Below are positions 1 through 12,400 of a stretch of DNA of 64,000 nucleotides, piece by piece. A model generated the notes under the pieces. It made no database searches and had not been told where the DNA came from. It was given only the letters and a program-made list of their open reading frames with translations. How positions within the stretch are numbered: position 1 is the stretch's first letter; the number at the start of each line of letters is the position of its first letter. A program made the position numbers and the translations under genes. This DNA comes from Lingula anatina (lineage: Eukaryota; Animalia; Brachiopoda): positions 23,236,225 through 23,300,224 of the forward strand of contig CM120640.1 in assembly GCA_051362555.1 (NCBI GenBank), in the 5' to 3' direction.

Positions 1-2933
1 ATAGTCTAATGACATGTACAATGTACTTAACATGACAGGGGACTGATAACACTGCAGAGACAATGAATGCTGCATGGATAAGTGCACTCCAGCAGCACGT
101 AAGACAATATTTCACACGCACCATTACAACAGTGGAATAAATGTTGAGTGTTATTGTCTAGGGCTTATGACCAATACTGCTGCACCATCTCTTCCTTATA
201 TATGTAGTGTTGATTGGAGAGAGTATTGAAGTCAGTCATGTAAAGATGCAAGGGTAATTTTGATTAAGGATAGCTTAAAGGCAAGATGCTTAAAGCTGTA
301 TAAGTGTATCATGTACACATATCCAATTGTTGCAGTTAATATTTCCCAAAAAATTTTTAACCCTAATTTCTTCAGTGAATTTGTAATTTTGTATTACTAA
401 TAAGTGACATTTTAGAATCCTGATAATTCCAAAATTTAAGATGTCTAAAGTGATGGTTGAGGAAGCATTACTCATCCAATTTTGGTATGTTTTGAAAGGA
501 ACTTAACAGCGAGCATTACTGTTTTGAAATAAAAAAAGCTTGCTCAACTGTATCTGTAGTATTTGAAATTGGAATTGCAGGTATTGCTACTTATACAAGT
601 TGTTATGTGATTTTGATGCATTTTATACTCCTTTATTGCGGAGTTGGCATCCGTGAATGGCTCAAAAGAATATTAATGGAACGGTAATGTCTGTATCCGT
701 CTTAGCTTCTGTGGGAAGAAGGAGAAATCCGCGACGCATCATTTCTGAGTGTTATTACTTCCTATTTAGTCATCTAAATGACAAGATATTTTTTAGCAAA
801 TTTTCTTGCTGGTGCTGAAAAAAATTTCAAAGTAAATTTTACTTTTGGAACTCATTTGTTTTTGGTTTTTTAATGATGTTGCAAAAAAATATCAAAACAA
901 GAAAACTGATCATTTTCAGATATATTATTATTCCATTTGATCTAATATTAATAATCATACTTGAACAAGTACAGGAATTATACATGCATTATATATACAT
1001 ATGTATAAAATGTAAAATGTTAAATTTCTTGTACACAACAAAAATATGGATAAATCACATTTTTTCAGCATATATCAGAGAGATATCACAGTTCCACAGA
1101 TTATATTGACTAGAAGAGAATGCATTTGGAACTTTTGGCTGAAATATGGAACTGCCAGTGTAGCAAATTATACCTACTAGACAAAAACTTTAAACTTCAT
1201 ACAGATATTCTAAACTATGAACAAGAATACATAGTACTTTACTTTGAGTGAAAAGAAAGAAAGTGTTGATTTAAAAAAAAAAAAACATTGACATTGAAGT
1301 TTCGATTGGTTCTGCTTGTGACTGTGAATTAAACAATTTTAATTGCTTTCTCATTGTCTGAGATATGATCATCAACACCCATTGTTTCAAGCATATTGAA
1401 ACTTCAGTTAAGTAAAGTTCTGAGCTGACGAGTCACTATGTTCTATGCCAGCAAGGCCATTCATGTTTTCTACCACAATCCATTTTGCAAAGTATATCCC
1501 CATTTGTGATTTTCTCTCTCATGTTCCCACTAATTACTTGCATGATAACCCCTCTTTCTTTCCCTAATTACTGTAGTTGTCAGAACCAGTGCCTTACTCA
1601 AGTTTGTACAGATGTTATCAGAAAGATCCCAGCTTCAGTAAAGAAGCAATTTACATACTAATACCAATTATGAATTAGAACTGTATGACCTTATGGTACA
1701 GTACATAAGTTGCTCTTATGAGTGTTAGAGGTGGGTGAGATAGTGACTCTATCCTCCCCATTTAATTAAAATATGTAAGATTGTTAACTTATAAGGATTC
1801 GATGACTTCTGCACAATTCAGAATTGGTACTATGTGTACATCTGATGAGAAACAGTGTATGATGGTGAAGGATTTGAAATTTCTACAATCTGAAACAATC
1901 ACATTAAACTGTAACTTTTTTAAAAATAGCCTAGTAAAAATTCAAACTGATGTGAGAAAAGGAAAGCATAAAAGAGATCAGTTGCTTACTGTATCAGCCA
2001 ACCTTAAACATATACCGCATATCTAAGACATATTGTCTAAACATCCAAAGCACCATAATTTTTACCATAGAAAACATTCCAACATTCACATGAGTGTTGT
2101 ACAATTGTATTTTATTTTCTTAATTCAGGTTAATCCTTTGGTTACCATATATTTCATACCTGGATCTGAAAAAAACTGGTTAAAACCAAAATAAATACAT
2201 GGATGTGCGACTGCCCCTCCATATATCTATCTAAGCACTATAACAGTTCATATTTATACTTTGTAATGGTTGTAAGAAAAACATTAGGAATACAAGAGGT
2301 ACTTATCAGCAACAGGCATCAGACTTTTCTGAATGCAACCTAGACAGTGCAGGCATTGTGTGCACAGAGTCACTGTACGAACAAAACAGTTTTAGTGACT
2401 CATGATGAAGGTCGTAATAGCCAAGCGTCAGAGCTATGGACTTTTTTGCTATAAATGGCTTCCAAATTACAATATGAAGCATAAAGTAATTCTGATAAGA
2501 ATCTGAGATTAGTCTGATACTTTGCCCACGACCTTAATACATGGGGTGCATATTCAGCCCCTATACTTAAAACTACAATTTAATTCAACCAAAAAATATA
2601 TCCATATCAATTTGTAAAAAACATAACCCCCTTGTCGGAGTGAAAAAAAAAACATTAGAGAGAACTTAGATAACTAGTAATTTGCCAGTCATTTCTGAAT
2701 TTGAATGGCTGTATCTAGAGATGAATAAAGTATGCTGAAACTGAATGGTCCAGTTTAAACAGATTTGGACAAAGCAACACACTGAGATCATAGAATGAAA
2801 GCCCACTGGCCCTTGGATTGCAGGCCTTCAAAAACACAACTCAAAAACACCTTAATTACCATTGTCATTATTCCTCATCATTATGCTTTTATTCTTGCTG
2901 TATGATACTGCACTGTACAGTGCTTGAGTCATA

Positions 2934-4826
2934 TCATAAGAACATACTTTTTCGCAAATCACGATCTGGCCTATCCAATCGAAAGATGCCAGTAGGTGGT
3001 GGATGATGGTGATGATGTGTTACAAGCCTTGGGATAGGTGGTGGAGGTCGCATCTCAGCAATACTATCATGACTTCTGGTTCTCATGTCTTTGGATAGTT
3101 TGCGACTAGCTTGTTTTTTACCTGGTGGCACCAAAATGAATTTTTGTGGCTGTTTTTGGGAAGATGGCGGAGACTGTTTTGTGGATTTCTTCACAAATCT
3201 TGAAAAGAAATGTGGAGCACTACTTTTGGATTTCTCAAACTTTTTAGGAGGCAGTGGTGGTGGTTGCTGCTTATCTTTTTGTTTGTCTATTCCAAGGAGC
3301 ACAATTCCATTTGCTGTCACTTTGGATTCAACAACTGGCTGAGATTCTGAGGAATTCTGCCGAGAGAGATTCTTACTTCCTCCACTTTTGCTTCCAGTGC
3401 CTGAACTGTTCGTTTGTGATACTTTGTTCTTGGCATTGTACCTAGCTAATGTTTCATAGTCTGGTTCTTCCCAGTACTGATCATCTGCCTTTACATTTGC
3501 AGGTAAAGGTGCAGGTGGACGAACTTTTGGAGGAGGCCCCCCTTCTCGCACATATACATAAATATCATCTATTTCCTCAAATATAAGGTCTTCGGCTGAA
3601 GGTTTAGGTTCAGCTTTCTCTTCTTGAATCACGTCTGGACTCTCTGGGGGAACATTGGTGGGAATGACATCTGGATTGGTTAATTCCTTGGGTTTGTAGA
3701 CTGCAGATCCTGGCTCTATCTGCTGTTGTTGTTGTTGCTGCTGTTGCTGGTTTGACTGGAAATCTGTGATCTCCACAAGAACATGGATGCTGTTCAAGTA
3801 ACTAGTTATCATGTTTGAGCACCTTTCATATAACTGCTTAAAGGCATCTTGCTGTTTGATTTTCTCAATGTTGGTTGCAGGTCTGAGCTTCAGTGATACT
3901 TTTGATAATGAGACAGGCAACATTTTCTGGCTTATATCCAGTGGCATAACAAAAGCAATGCTGTCTGTATCTGATGAGATCAAGCGCAGACATCCAGTAA
4001 ATTTGAGCTTACTTCCACAGGGAGCCACTCCGTAAACTAGACGCACCATGATTGGTAAGCGGAATTTGGCAACGAGGTCATTGATCATGTGCACCCCAGA
4101 AATATTGTCCCTCTCAGCAATGGGGCTGAAGGCACCTTTTGTGTCAAAGTTCAAGTATACACCAGAGCCATTCTGATCAAAACAACGGAGGAGCTTAGCC
4201 CTACCTTTTCCTTTAGGCAGACTGATCATCACGTCTCCAGCCACAGTCAAAACCTCCCCTGCGTGCACAGTTCTAGTTTTATCCATGCATAGCTCTCCAC
4301 GTTCATTGTTTATGTACCCCTTGGTATTGGCTCTTACCAGGGCTTTTTTGGGAAATCGTCTGGCCAAGTCTCTCACTGTGTCAAACGGTGGCACAGATCT
4401 CCCCTCTTCTGATAGCACCTCAAACCAGCCTTGATATGTACTAGGAATAGAAAAGTTCTGAGTCAAAACTGATACCTTTCTGTCCTTTACTTTGACTCCC
4501 TGGGCAAAAATCTTTGAGCAGGTTTTTGTAGAATGAAAGAGAAGCTCAGTGTGAATGCCTGGGTGGATGTGCTTTGATGCTCCAATGTTCATAAACTGTC
4601 CCTGTTCTACTCTGACTATATGTGGAGTCAGGTGCTTGCTGGTGAAGTCTTTGAGGTTAATGATTTCTTGGTCATCCCATTCTATGTTGGACATGGAGTA
4701 TAATTCCTTGATCATGCACAGTTGTTGCTGGGAGGGACTTAAATTGTAACTCCCAGTGTTAGAGGCCATCATCCTGGTTGTACAGTTCTGATCTTGCTTT
4801 GTTTTGGTCTCTGCCGAGAGTCCCAT
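2934..4826 (-). CDS. Intronless CABIT-domain adaptor-like protein (THEMIS/GAREM/Serrano-type), 630 aa
   Basis: Longest ORF in the window. The N-terminal ~340 aa have CABIT-like motifs (LKDF..HLTPHIVRVEQG; FSIPSTYQGWFEVL; LVAKFRLPIMVRLVYG). They are followed by polyQ, acidic Tyr motifs (EEIDDIYVYV, YWEEPDYETL) and Pro-rich SH3-ligand motifs (PPPLPPKK, PPPPIPR). Family recognised by eye, no HMM run. Confidence 0.8.
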   Translation of the reverse strand: MGLSAETKTKQDQNCTTRMMASNTGSYNLSPSQQQLCMIKELYSMSNIEWDDQEIINLKDFTSKHLTPHIVRVEQGQFMNIGASKHIHPGIHTELLFHSTKTCSKIFAQGVKVKDRKVSVLTQNFSIPSTYQGWFEVLSEEGRSVPPFDTVRDLARRFPKKALVRANTKGYINNERGELCMDKTRTVHAGEVLTVAGDVMISLPKGKGRAKLLRCFDQNGSGVYLNFDTKGAFSPIAERDNISGVHMINDLVAKFRLPIMVRLVYGVAPCGSKLKFTGCLRLISSDTDSIAFVMPLDISQKMLPVSLSKVSLKLRPATNIEKIKQQDAFKQLYERCSNMITSYLNSIHVLVEITDFQSNQQQQQQQQQQIEPGSAVYKPKELTNPDVIPTNVPPESPDVIQEEKAEPKPSAEDLIFEEIDDIYVYVREGGPPPKVRPPAPLPANVKADDQYWEEPDYETLARYNAKNKVSQTNSSGTGSKSGGSKNLSRQNSSESQPVVESKVTANGIVLLGIDKQKDKQQPPPLPPKKFEKSKSSAPHFFSRFVKKSTKQSPPSSQKQPQKFILVPPGKKQASRKLSKDMRTRSHDSIAEMRPPPPIPRLVTHHHHHPPPTGIFRLDRPDRDLRKSMFL

Positions 4827-7800
4827 ACAACCGGCGGTAATGTCCGTTATACAGTCTTTAAGCTGCCTTTGTGTGAGCCAGAGTATTTATTTCCTTAGAA
4901 TGGCTGGCATACTGGTTGGACGAGTTTTCACAATGAGGTCCTCGCAGCTTAGTCTTTGAGCGGAGTGTCTGTAAAGAGAAACTGTTTACAAAACAACCAA
5001 TAACGAAATAAGCAAGATAAACACACTTCAAGTTTAAATCCTTGGGCTGTCTGTTGGCTAGTCTGTGAAAGGTGAAAGTTGTTATGTGCTTCCCCCTGTG
5101 CCTGGGTTATTACTGACCATGCAAATGAGTGTGCCCCATTTATATGTGCACACACCTGAATCACTTAGTAATAAATCACCTCAGTCACACGACAAGGGCT
5201 CCTACTATATGCTAACAAGTCAGCTTAACTGCTGCACTCTTTTAATGTTATGAATCACTAAAATAACATCAATATACTAGGAGGCCTACCTGTAACAGCT
5301 TTGGACTAAAGAGTCTGTTATTGTCCATGTCTGTAGATCTGTGGAAAATTTGAAGGTCTGAAAAAATAAAGTGATTAAATTAAAGCGATGAATGATTATG
5401 TCTAGATCGTTTTTGTCTGATCTCAGAACTCTTCAAAGTTAATTTTCAAAAGTCATGATTTTATTTCAGAATCCCCCAGGATACAGACTAATGTAATCAA
5501 TTTCAATTTATTCCAGGATTTTACTGAAATTATATTATGGATACACCAGAGTTATCTGAAACAGAAACTGCCAGAAAACACCTACAACCAAAAGCATTCA
5601 GTTAATAAATAGCTATTTTCAACTCTGTGCTGGCACTTTTTTAGGTCACCCTTGATGTCATAAAAGTGCCATAATCTTTTGTATAAATGTTATTCTAGAT
5701 CCCATTGAAAAGTCTGGGCGTAGGCTTGAAACTGACGGATTAAAGAGGACTATATGTTCTCTTGTGTTTACATTTCTCATAATGGGATTTGGGGACACAA
5801 CTACAAAGGAAGGCTGGTCCATAAAATGAAAACATTTATAAACCAAAAGCTGTAATATTATGTGTAATGTTATTGATAATCATTAAGTGGATTGCTTTTA
5901 TCTCGCCCCCCCCCCCCCTTTTCTTTATCTTTCATCTTCCATCAGTTGTTCATCAAGTTATCACCTTCATTCTTTTAAAATCAAATCTCCTTACTAACAA
6001 TTTACAGTAATCCCCATGTGTTCTGTATTCAAAACCTGAATTATGTCTAATCAGTGTTTAAAATCAAGAAGCCATTAGGGGGCTTTAATATACAGGTGTT
6101 GGTGAGAAACGCAGACCCAAGTCACTTGGTTGATTGTGTTGGAGAAGCCGGAGGTACTCCAGACAGCTTGTGAAATGTGTTACCATTTCCATGCAGTTTT
6201 AGTACAATGCTTTTGACAAATGAAGGGACAAAATTATTTCCCATGATAAAACTGTTTGTTTCTGTTTTGTAAATGGCACCTGTCTAATCTTTTCTTTATA
6301 TTTTGGTGGCTCAACATAAAAGTGCATATGAGTTATGGCATTTATTGATCTATTTTTCAGAGGTTTAGTTGAAAATAGTTTGTCTGACATAAAACCCCAA
6401 AAACGTATTATTTCCTTAGTATTTCAAACAGAAAGTTTGAATTCTCTTTGATTATCTGCTTTTCAGATCTTTTCAATGAATGTGTTCCAAGAAGCACCAT
6501 CATGATTTTCCTTTAAAGCACAATTATAATTAGCCACTAAATCATGAATATTTCATACAAAGCTGTCAAATAACCTAAATAATTCACTATCAGAACCTGC
6601 AAGGAATTATCTATTTTTAATCTTATGCTTGTACAGACTTAATGAGGATATTAAGGCCATTGTTATGCAGGTAGAATAGTGCCACGTGTGCTGATAGGGC
6701 ACAGATGCTATTAAGACCATGCTGGTTTATTGAAAAGGACCACTTGTAAGATTATGTTATCTTTAAATAATTTTTCCATTTCTTTTTTAAAAACAAATGA
6801 TGTATGTTTATCCTTTTTGAAATATCTCCTCCTCCTGAAAAATTGGTTTTATTCTGTGGGAAAATGCAGGGAATGAATGCTTGTATCCAAAAGCCAAGTG
6901 CAGAAAAACTTGAATGAAAATATATTTGATATTTATAAGTCTCCAACATGCTTATGTGATTGAAATGGCTGGAACTGAAAATAGCATGTTGCATAAATGC
7001 ATTATTTCAGATCTGAATTATGATAACATACAAAAGTCATAATGTGACATATCTTTGCATAATAGATATTTTCTTTACTGTATATCATGTTATAAAATCC
7101 TTCTTGATTTTGACTGAAATAATCTAACAGGTTCAGGGGCAGGTCAAGAGATATTTGCTGAGACTCTTCCAAATTATCTTTGTTGATCCATCCTCCATCT
7201 TTGACAGAAAAAATTAGATACCCATCAATGTAAACTTGAAAACCTGACTGTCTTCCAGAAGACCCTGAAGATGGCCTCAATCCACCCCTGTAGGTTGATG
7301 CATGTTACCATATTTGTGAATGTCAAATTTCAAGTCTGCAGCATATACCAAAGCTAGTGCATGTCGCATCCGTCTATATTCTATTATATAGCTGCTCTAT
7401 ATTATAAATATCAAGTGAATTTTAGTGCACATAATCAGCCTCTGGCACTCTTTTCCATTTCTATTATTCGCTGTTGTGTTAATAGTCAGTAAATCGTAAA
7501 AGCACAAATGGGAGTGCTCTGGACAGATAAATCAGACTAGTTAGAAATTGGCTACATACTAGGTAATATCACTGCTTACTGATAATTTGTATACTCTACA
7601 GCCAAAATGATACTAAAATATTTGCACTTACTTTTACAGTACCAAATTTCCTTTCAGAAGCACCTCTTACAATATGACAGGCTGTGCATGGACAGAAATG
7701 AGCACCGATACTGGGCAATTCTTAAATATATATATGTATATTATTCCAGCGGGAGAACGTGTGGTACACATTGCAGTAATCCTACCACCTGTGGTTTGTT

Positions 7801-9379
7801 AATCAAAGATAAATAGAACATAGTGTGCTGTAATGATAGCATCTTTCAGGTGACATTTATTAAAGAAAGGATATCCTTAATTACCTTTATCTGATTGCTT
7901 TCAGTGCTGACCAACCCTCTAATAACCCCCAACTGAGAGGGTGGACTCTTATCACAATAAGGTTCTCCCCTAGAATTTGTCTTTCTTATGAGCAACTGGC
8001 TAATTATAACTGTTGCAAGGACCATGTCTTGCTGTGATGGGAAATCTGTAGAAATCTGTATTAGGGAGATGAAAGCTAATGATTATATGATGGTCCTGCA
8101 GTTAGAATACTAAGCTGTTCTACTCATGTGATCATTTCTAAAGCATATAAGTAAGTCAGTAGCCAGAGGCTATGACACTGGGCAGATGTGGTCTCTGACT
8201 ATTTCTGTACTGTAGGTATTAAGTTCTTTTGTTAAAAATGATTTCTAATCTCCTTTCATCTGCATTTACAGAAATATGCGAAGAAGTTATGTAATTATTC
8301 AGCTACTATACTCCTGGATTGGATCATTTTAATATATTCCCCTTCCCAAGGTTCACCATTAGAATTTGCAATGGGTAATAATATTTTGTCTTACAACTAT
8401 AATTACTTAAATATGAAATATATACACAGCCCACACTAACACATGTTTAAAGTTCAAGTTATTCATGATATTTTCAGAAAAAAGGGTGGTGTCTATATCA
8501 AGCACTATAATTTTCAATTTATTTTCATGGCTTTAAAGATTGAAAGAAAAAATGGCTTTGTAGACAGCACAGTACCAGCTGTTATTGTAGAAAAAATATC
8601 TTGTTTCCTGTCAACAGTCAAAATGTCAATGGGTTTGCCCTCTTCAGGACACTAAACACACAGACATCATATTTCAGTGTTAATTAAAACATGTAAAATA
8701 GGTAAAAGTCAATCTATGAAAAGCAATTACCATTTCTACAAGCTGACATTGATATTTTTTTCAAGATTTGAATTTTTCTTTTTGTCCTGTTTTTTTTTTT
8801 TTTTTACCAAAAGAACAATGAAACATATTTAGTCAAATTAGTAACAGGCATCTCTCCCAAAACAATTATTATTTAATGGCATCAGCCTAATATTGGCTAT
8901 CAAAGGAATGTTAGGATAAATACCTTTGATGTAATGCTTGAGTAACATATAAACAGAATGATTCATTGGACATAAATACTTTTCTCTAGTGAAAAGGCAG
9001 TGTATTTAAGAATGGATTTGTCGAAACTGCAATTAAGCTGTTTTCATGCTCATTTCCTACTTGGGGAGCACACAAAAGATATCATAAACACCTTCTTAAC
9101 ATTTGACATTTTTCACAGACATTAACTTCTCTTGGTACGTGAAGGTGTTACAGGTGGTGACGATCATTAACTGTCACATTACCCTAACTCTTTGCTTGCC
9201 CATTGTTAAACATGCAGTTTCACAAAGAACACATTAAATGGTTGAGTGCTTTTGAGGGTGGGGGTGCTTTTTCAACTTTCAAGACATAATTTATTAAACA
9301 GCATTTAATTAAAATGGCTACTAAGTTTTCATCCAAAATGCTGATAGCTTGAAATGCTTTTGCAAAACATTTATACACC

Positions 9380-9383
<4 letters not shown>

Positions 9384-9445
<62 letters not shown>
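9384..9445. repeat. (GA)n microsatellite
   Basis: Pure GA dinucleotide run of about 62 bp. Confidence 0.97.
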
Positions 9446-9448
<3 letters not shown>

Positions 9449-12400
9449 AAAAAGTAAAATGAATTTGATGCCTATAAATCTGCAGAGTGATAATTCAACT
9501 TTTCTTACCTCTTATTTTCTGCATGAAAAAAACTGTTGGTTAGAATTGTCTCTGTCCTGCCATTGAGGTGATATTTCTGTTGTCCACTCAGTGCTTTATC
9601 TATGCTGTCCAGCTGTTGAAATGCAGCCTGTTATTTTAGACCCTCAGATACATACCCCTTCATCATAACCGTTCCATAGAAATTTTAGGGGAGGGATGAA
9701 GGAAAATGCAACTTTGATGAGATTTACTCATATTTTCATCATTTCTTCAGGGGCACATTCAATTGAACACCTTTGAATAAAAATAACGAAGGATATAATG
9801 TAGTTATGTAATGCATAATTTATTTGTTCAGGATAATGGGGTTGAAAACGGAATTTCCATGTTTAAAAAGACAATGCATATATTAAGTAGTTTGTAAAAG
9901 CAGGGGTGTACAGGTACATGTATCTACAGAAAAATAACATGGGCAAAGCAGATATGTGAAATTTCATTTTCTAAAGCTTAGTTTACTTAGAATGCCCACC
10001 CCCCTCCCTTCAAGTGGCATTCAACTTGCTCTACCTGCCATGATACCCAAAATAGACTATGCATCTGTTGTCATTTGCATTGGGTAACATTTAAAAATAA
10101 TTAACATGAACTGCATGTAGATGTAATGTTCAGTCTTATGGCAAAAGGGGTTTCTCATGAAGATAAATAAATGAATAGATAAACTTGAATAGCACTCGGA
10201 GAGTGTAGTCCTCTGCCAAGGCAGCTCAGTCCTTATTATTATTTTCATGTTTAAAGGTACATACGAACCGAGCATCGGTGGAGCGTGAATTCCCAGTAAC
10301 ACATGTAAACCACTTCTACTAGATTCTTATATGACTCAAATAAATTCGACATGCCAAGGGATTAACTGAATAGATCACTCGATCAGCCATAAAAGACCTT
10401 TAGACTGCTCCTTTCTTTAGTTTTTGGTTGTAAATTTAACCTACTTTTGTGACCCACTTTCCTGCCCCATTGACATACAGCTTACATATGTAGAATGCCA
10501 GCAGAAAAATCCATTCAAACATCATTTTCGGGTAAAATTAAACAATGCCTTTTGGTAATTCTCTTAGTTATACTACTTTAAACTATATGCTGGCATTTGG
10601 TTGGTTTTTGTGACAAAAAATTGACTTTGTATGCATCTTTAAATACCACAGTGCTTAAAATTAAGTAATGGTCAGTTTTAAGTCAGTCTATTTCTGACCT
10701 ATCCTTAAAATTTATCAAAATTCATCCATAATTTTTGTGTTAGGCTATTTAAGTGGAATTAACAAACTAACAAAGGCAGAATCATGCCCTCCTTGGAGGC
10801 CGTAATAAAATGCCTGGGAATTTTCATTGCTAGAGAGGGTTGTACATGAACTTAATGTGGACATTTATACATTTAAAAATGTACCCCACAGTAGACCCAA
10901 CTTGAGAAATGATACAGACTTTACTGTAGATCAAATATTGAATCAGATCAGACCTTTTATACTCCAAATCTTCCTAACCTCCCTCTGCTTATGTGCCTGT
11001 TGCTGCAAGGAATTAGTGCTTACTTATAACCAGTATGTGTCCTTTTTTGGTCACATACTTATTGCACTTGCTAATAACAGAATTGTCTCTAGTGTTAAAA
11101 TATGTATTTGCTTCAATATGGGATCCACATCTGGTACAATTCTAATGTCAACAAACTGCATTTGCCCAATGAAATATGCATCATATGCTATATGCTGGTT
11201 TGAATGATCTCTGTGGTATTTACGACTTCCTTTTTTTTTGACTGAGACTGATGGTGCCACTCTTGACCATAGAGGGTCATGGCGTGACTTATAAAATGTG
11301 TGAATAGCATCATGCCTCACAATAATATATACATATATTCATAAATGTCACATCTTTATTTGGGATAAAAGCAAACTCATTTTTCACTTTTAGTTTCAAC
11401 ACTAGCAAAAATATTTAAAAATTATCTCTATAATGCTTGACAAACTAGTTGTTAATAGATTAGAAATTTTGAAACATATATTAATGTTTTTTTCTTTTTT
11501 TTTTTTTTTTTTTTTTTTTTTGATAATTCTTATTTTTCTGAAAATGTGATAAAGAGTGTACTCATGGGTCTCATCTGTAGTGTCAGTAGATACTTGTCCA
11601 TAGTTTCAGTTCAGTATAGGAAAATGATGTCAGATACTTTCCCTGGGGTGATTTCTGTAGCTTAAATGATAGGTTACTTTAAGGGCAGTTAACTTCAACA
11701 GTAATTTTGTCACATAACTTTCACCAACCCCAACTCTTTGTTCATATTATGCATCGGAAAGAGCTTCTCATAAATAAAACTCTTTATGGATATTTGGTTC
11801 TGACAGTAAGTATAAAGTGTCAATAATAAATGAACCAGCATAGTCTGACACAGCTTTTCTGGACAAAGAATGTGACATGTTGAAGGACCAGTATTTGAGG
11901 ACTTTCATTTTGAAAAGGCACAAATTTGCCAATGCTTGCATGAAGGAAATCTATAATTTATGTCATAAGATTTAAAATCCTTGCTGTCAATGCTCCTTCA
12001 TTTTAAGATCTAAGTTATGTAAGGAATTGGCTCGTATCATGAACATTTAGTACTTATAATTGCTGGGATGTACCACTTGTCCCCTAAAGCTAAACCTTAG
12101 TTAGCGCAGTCAGTGTATAATTTATTCACACCTTTGTCTGTAACAGTGAAAGCATCCACAAAGTTCATTGTGCTTGGTGTGCTTTATCACATCTACTACA
12201 TGACTAGGTGGTTGATTGGTTGTTGTCCCACCTCGACACAATCCACCATTCTTCCTTGGTTTCCATAAGTCACTTGGCTTTTTAAAATGTCTTTGATGTA
12301 TTGATTTATTTACCTATAGCTGAAACACTTCTTCAGGTACCCAGCAAATGGCAAATTAAAGGTGGCATATGCGTGGATTGTAATCATTTGCCCAGACAAT

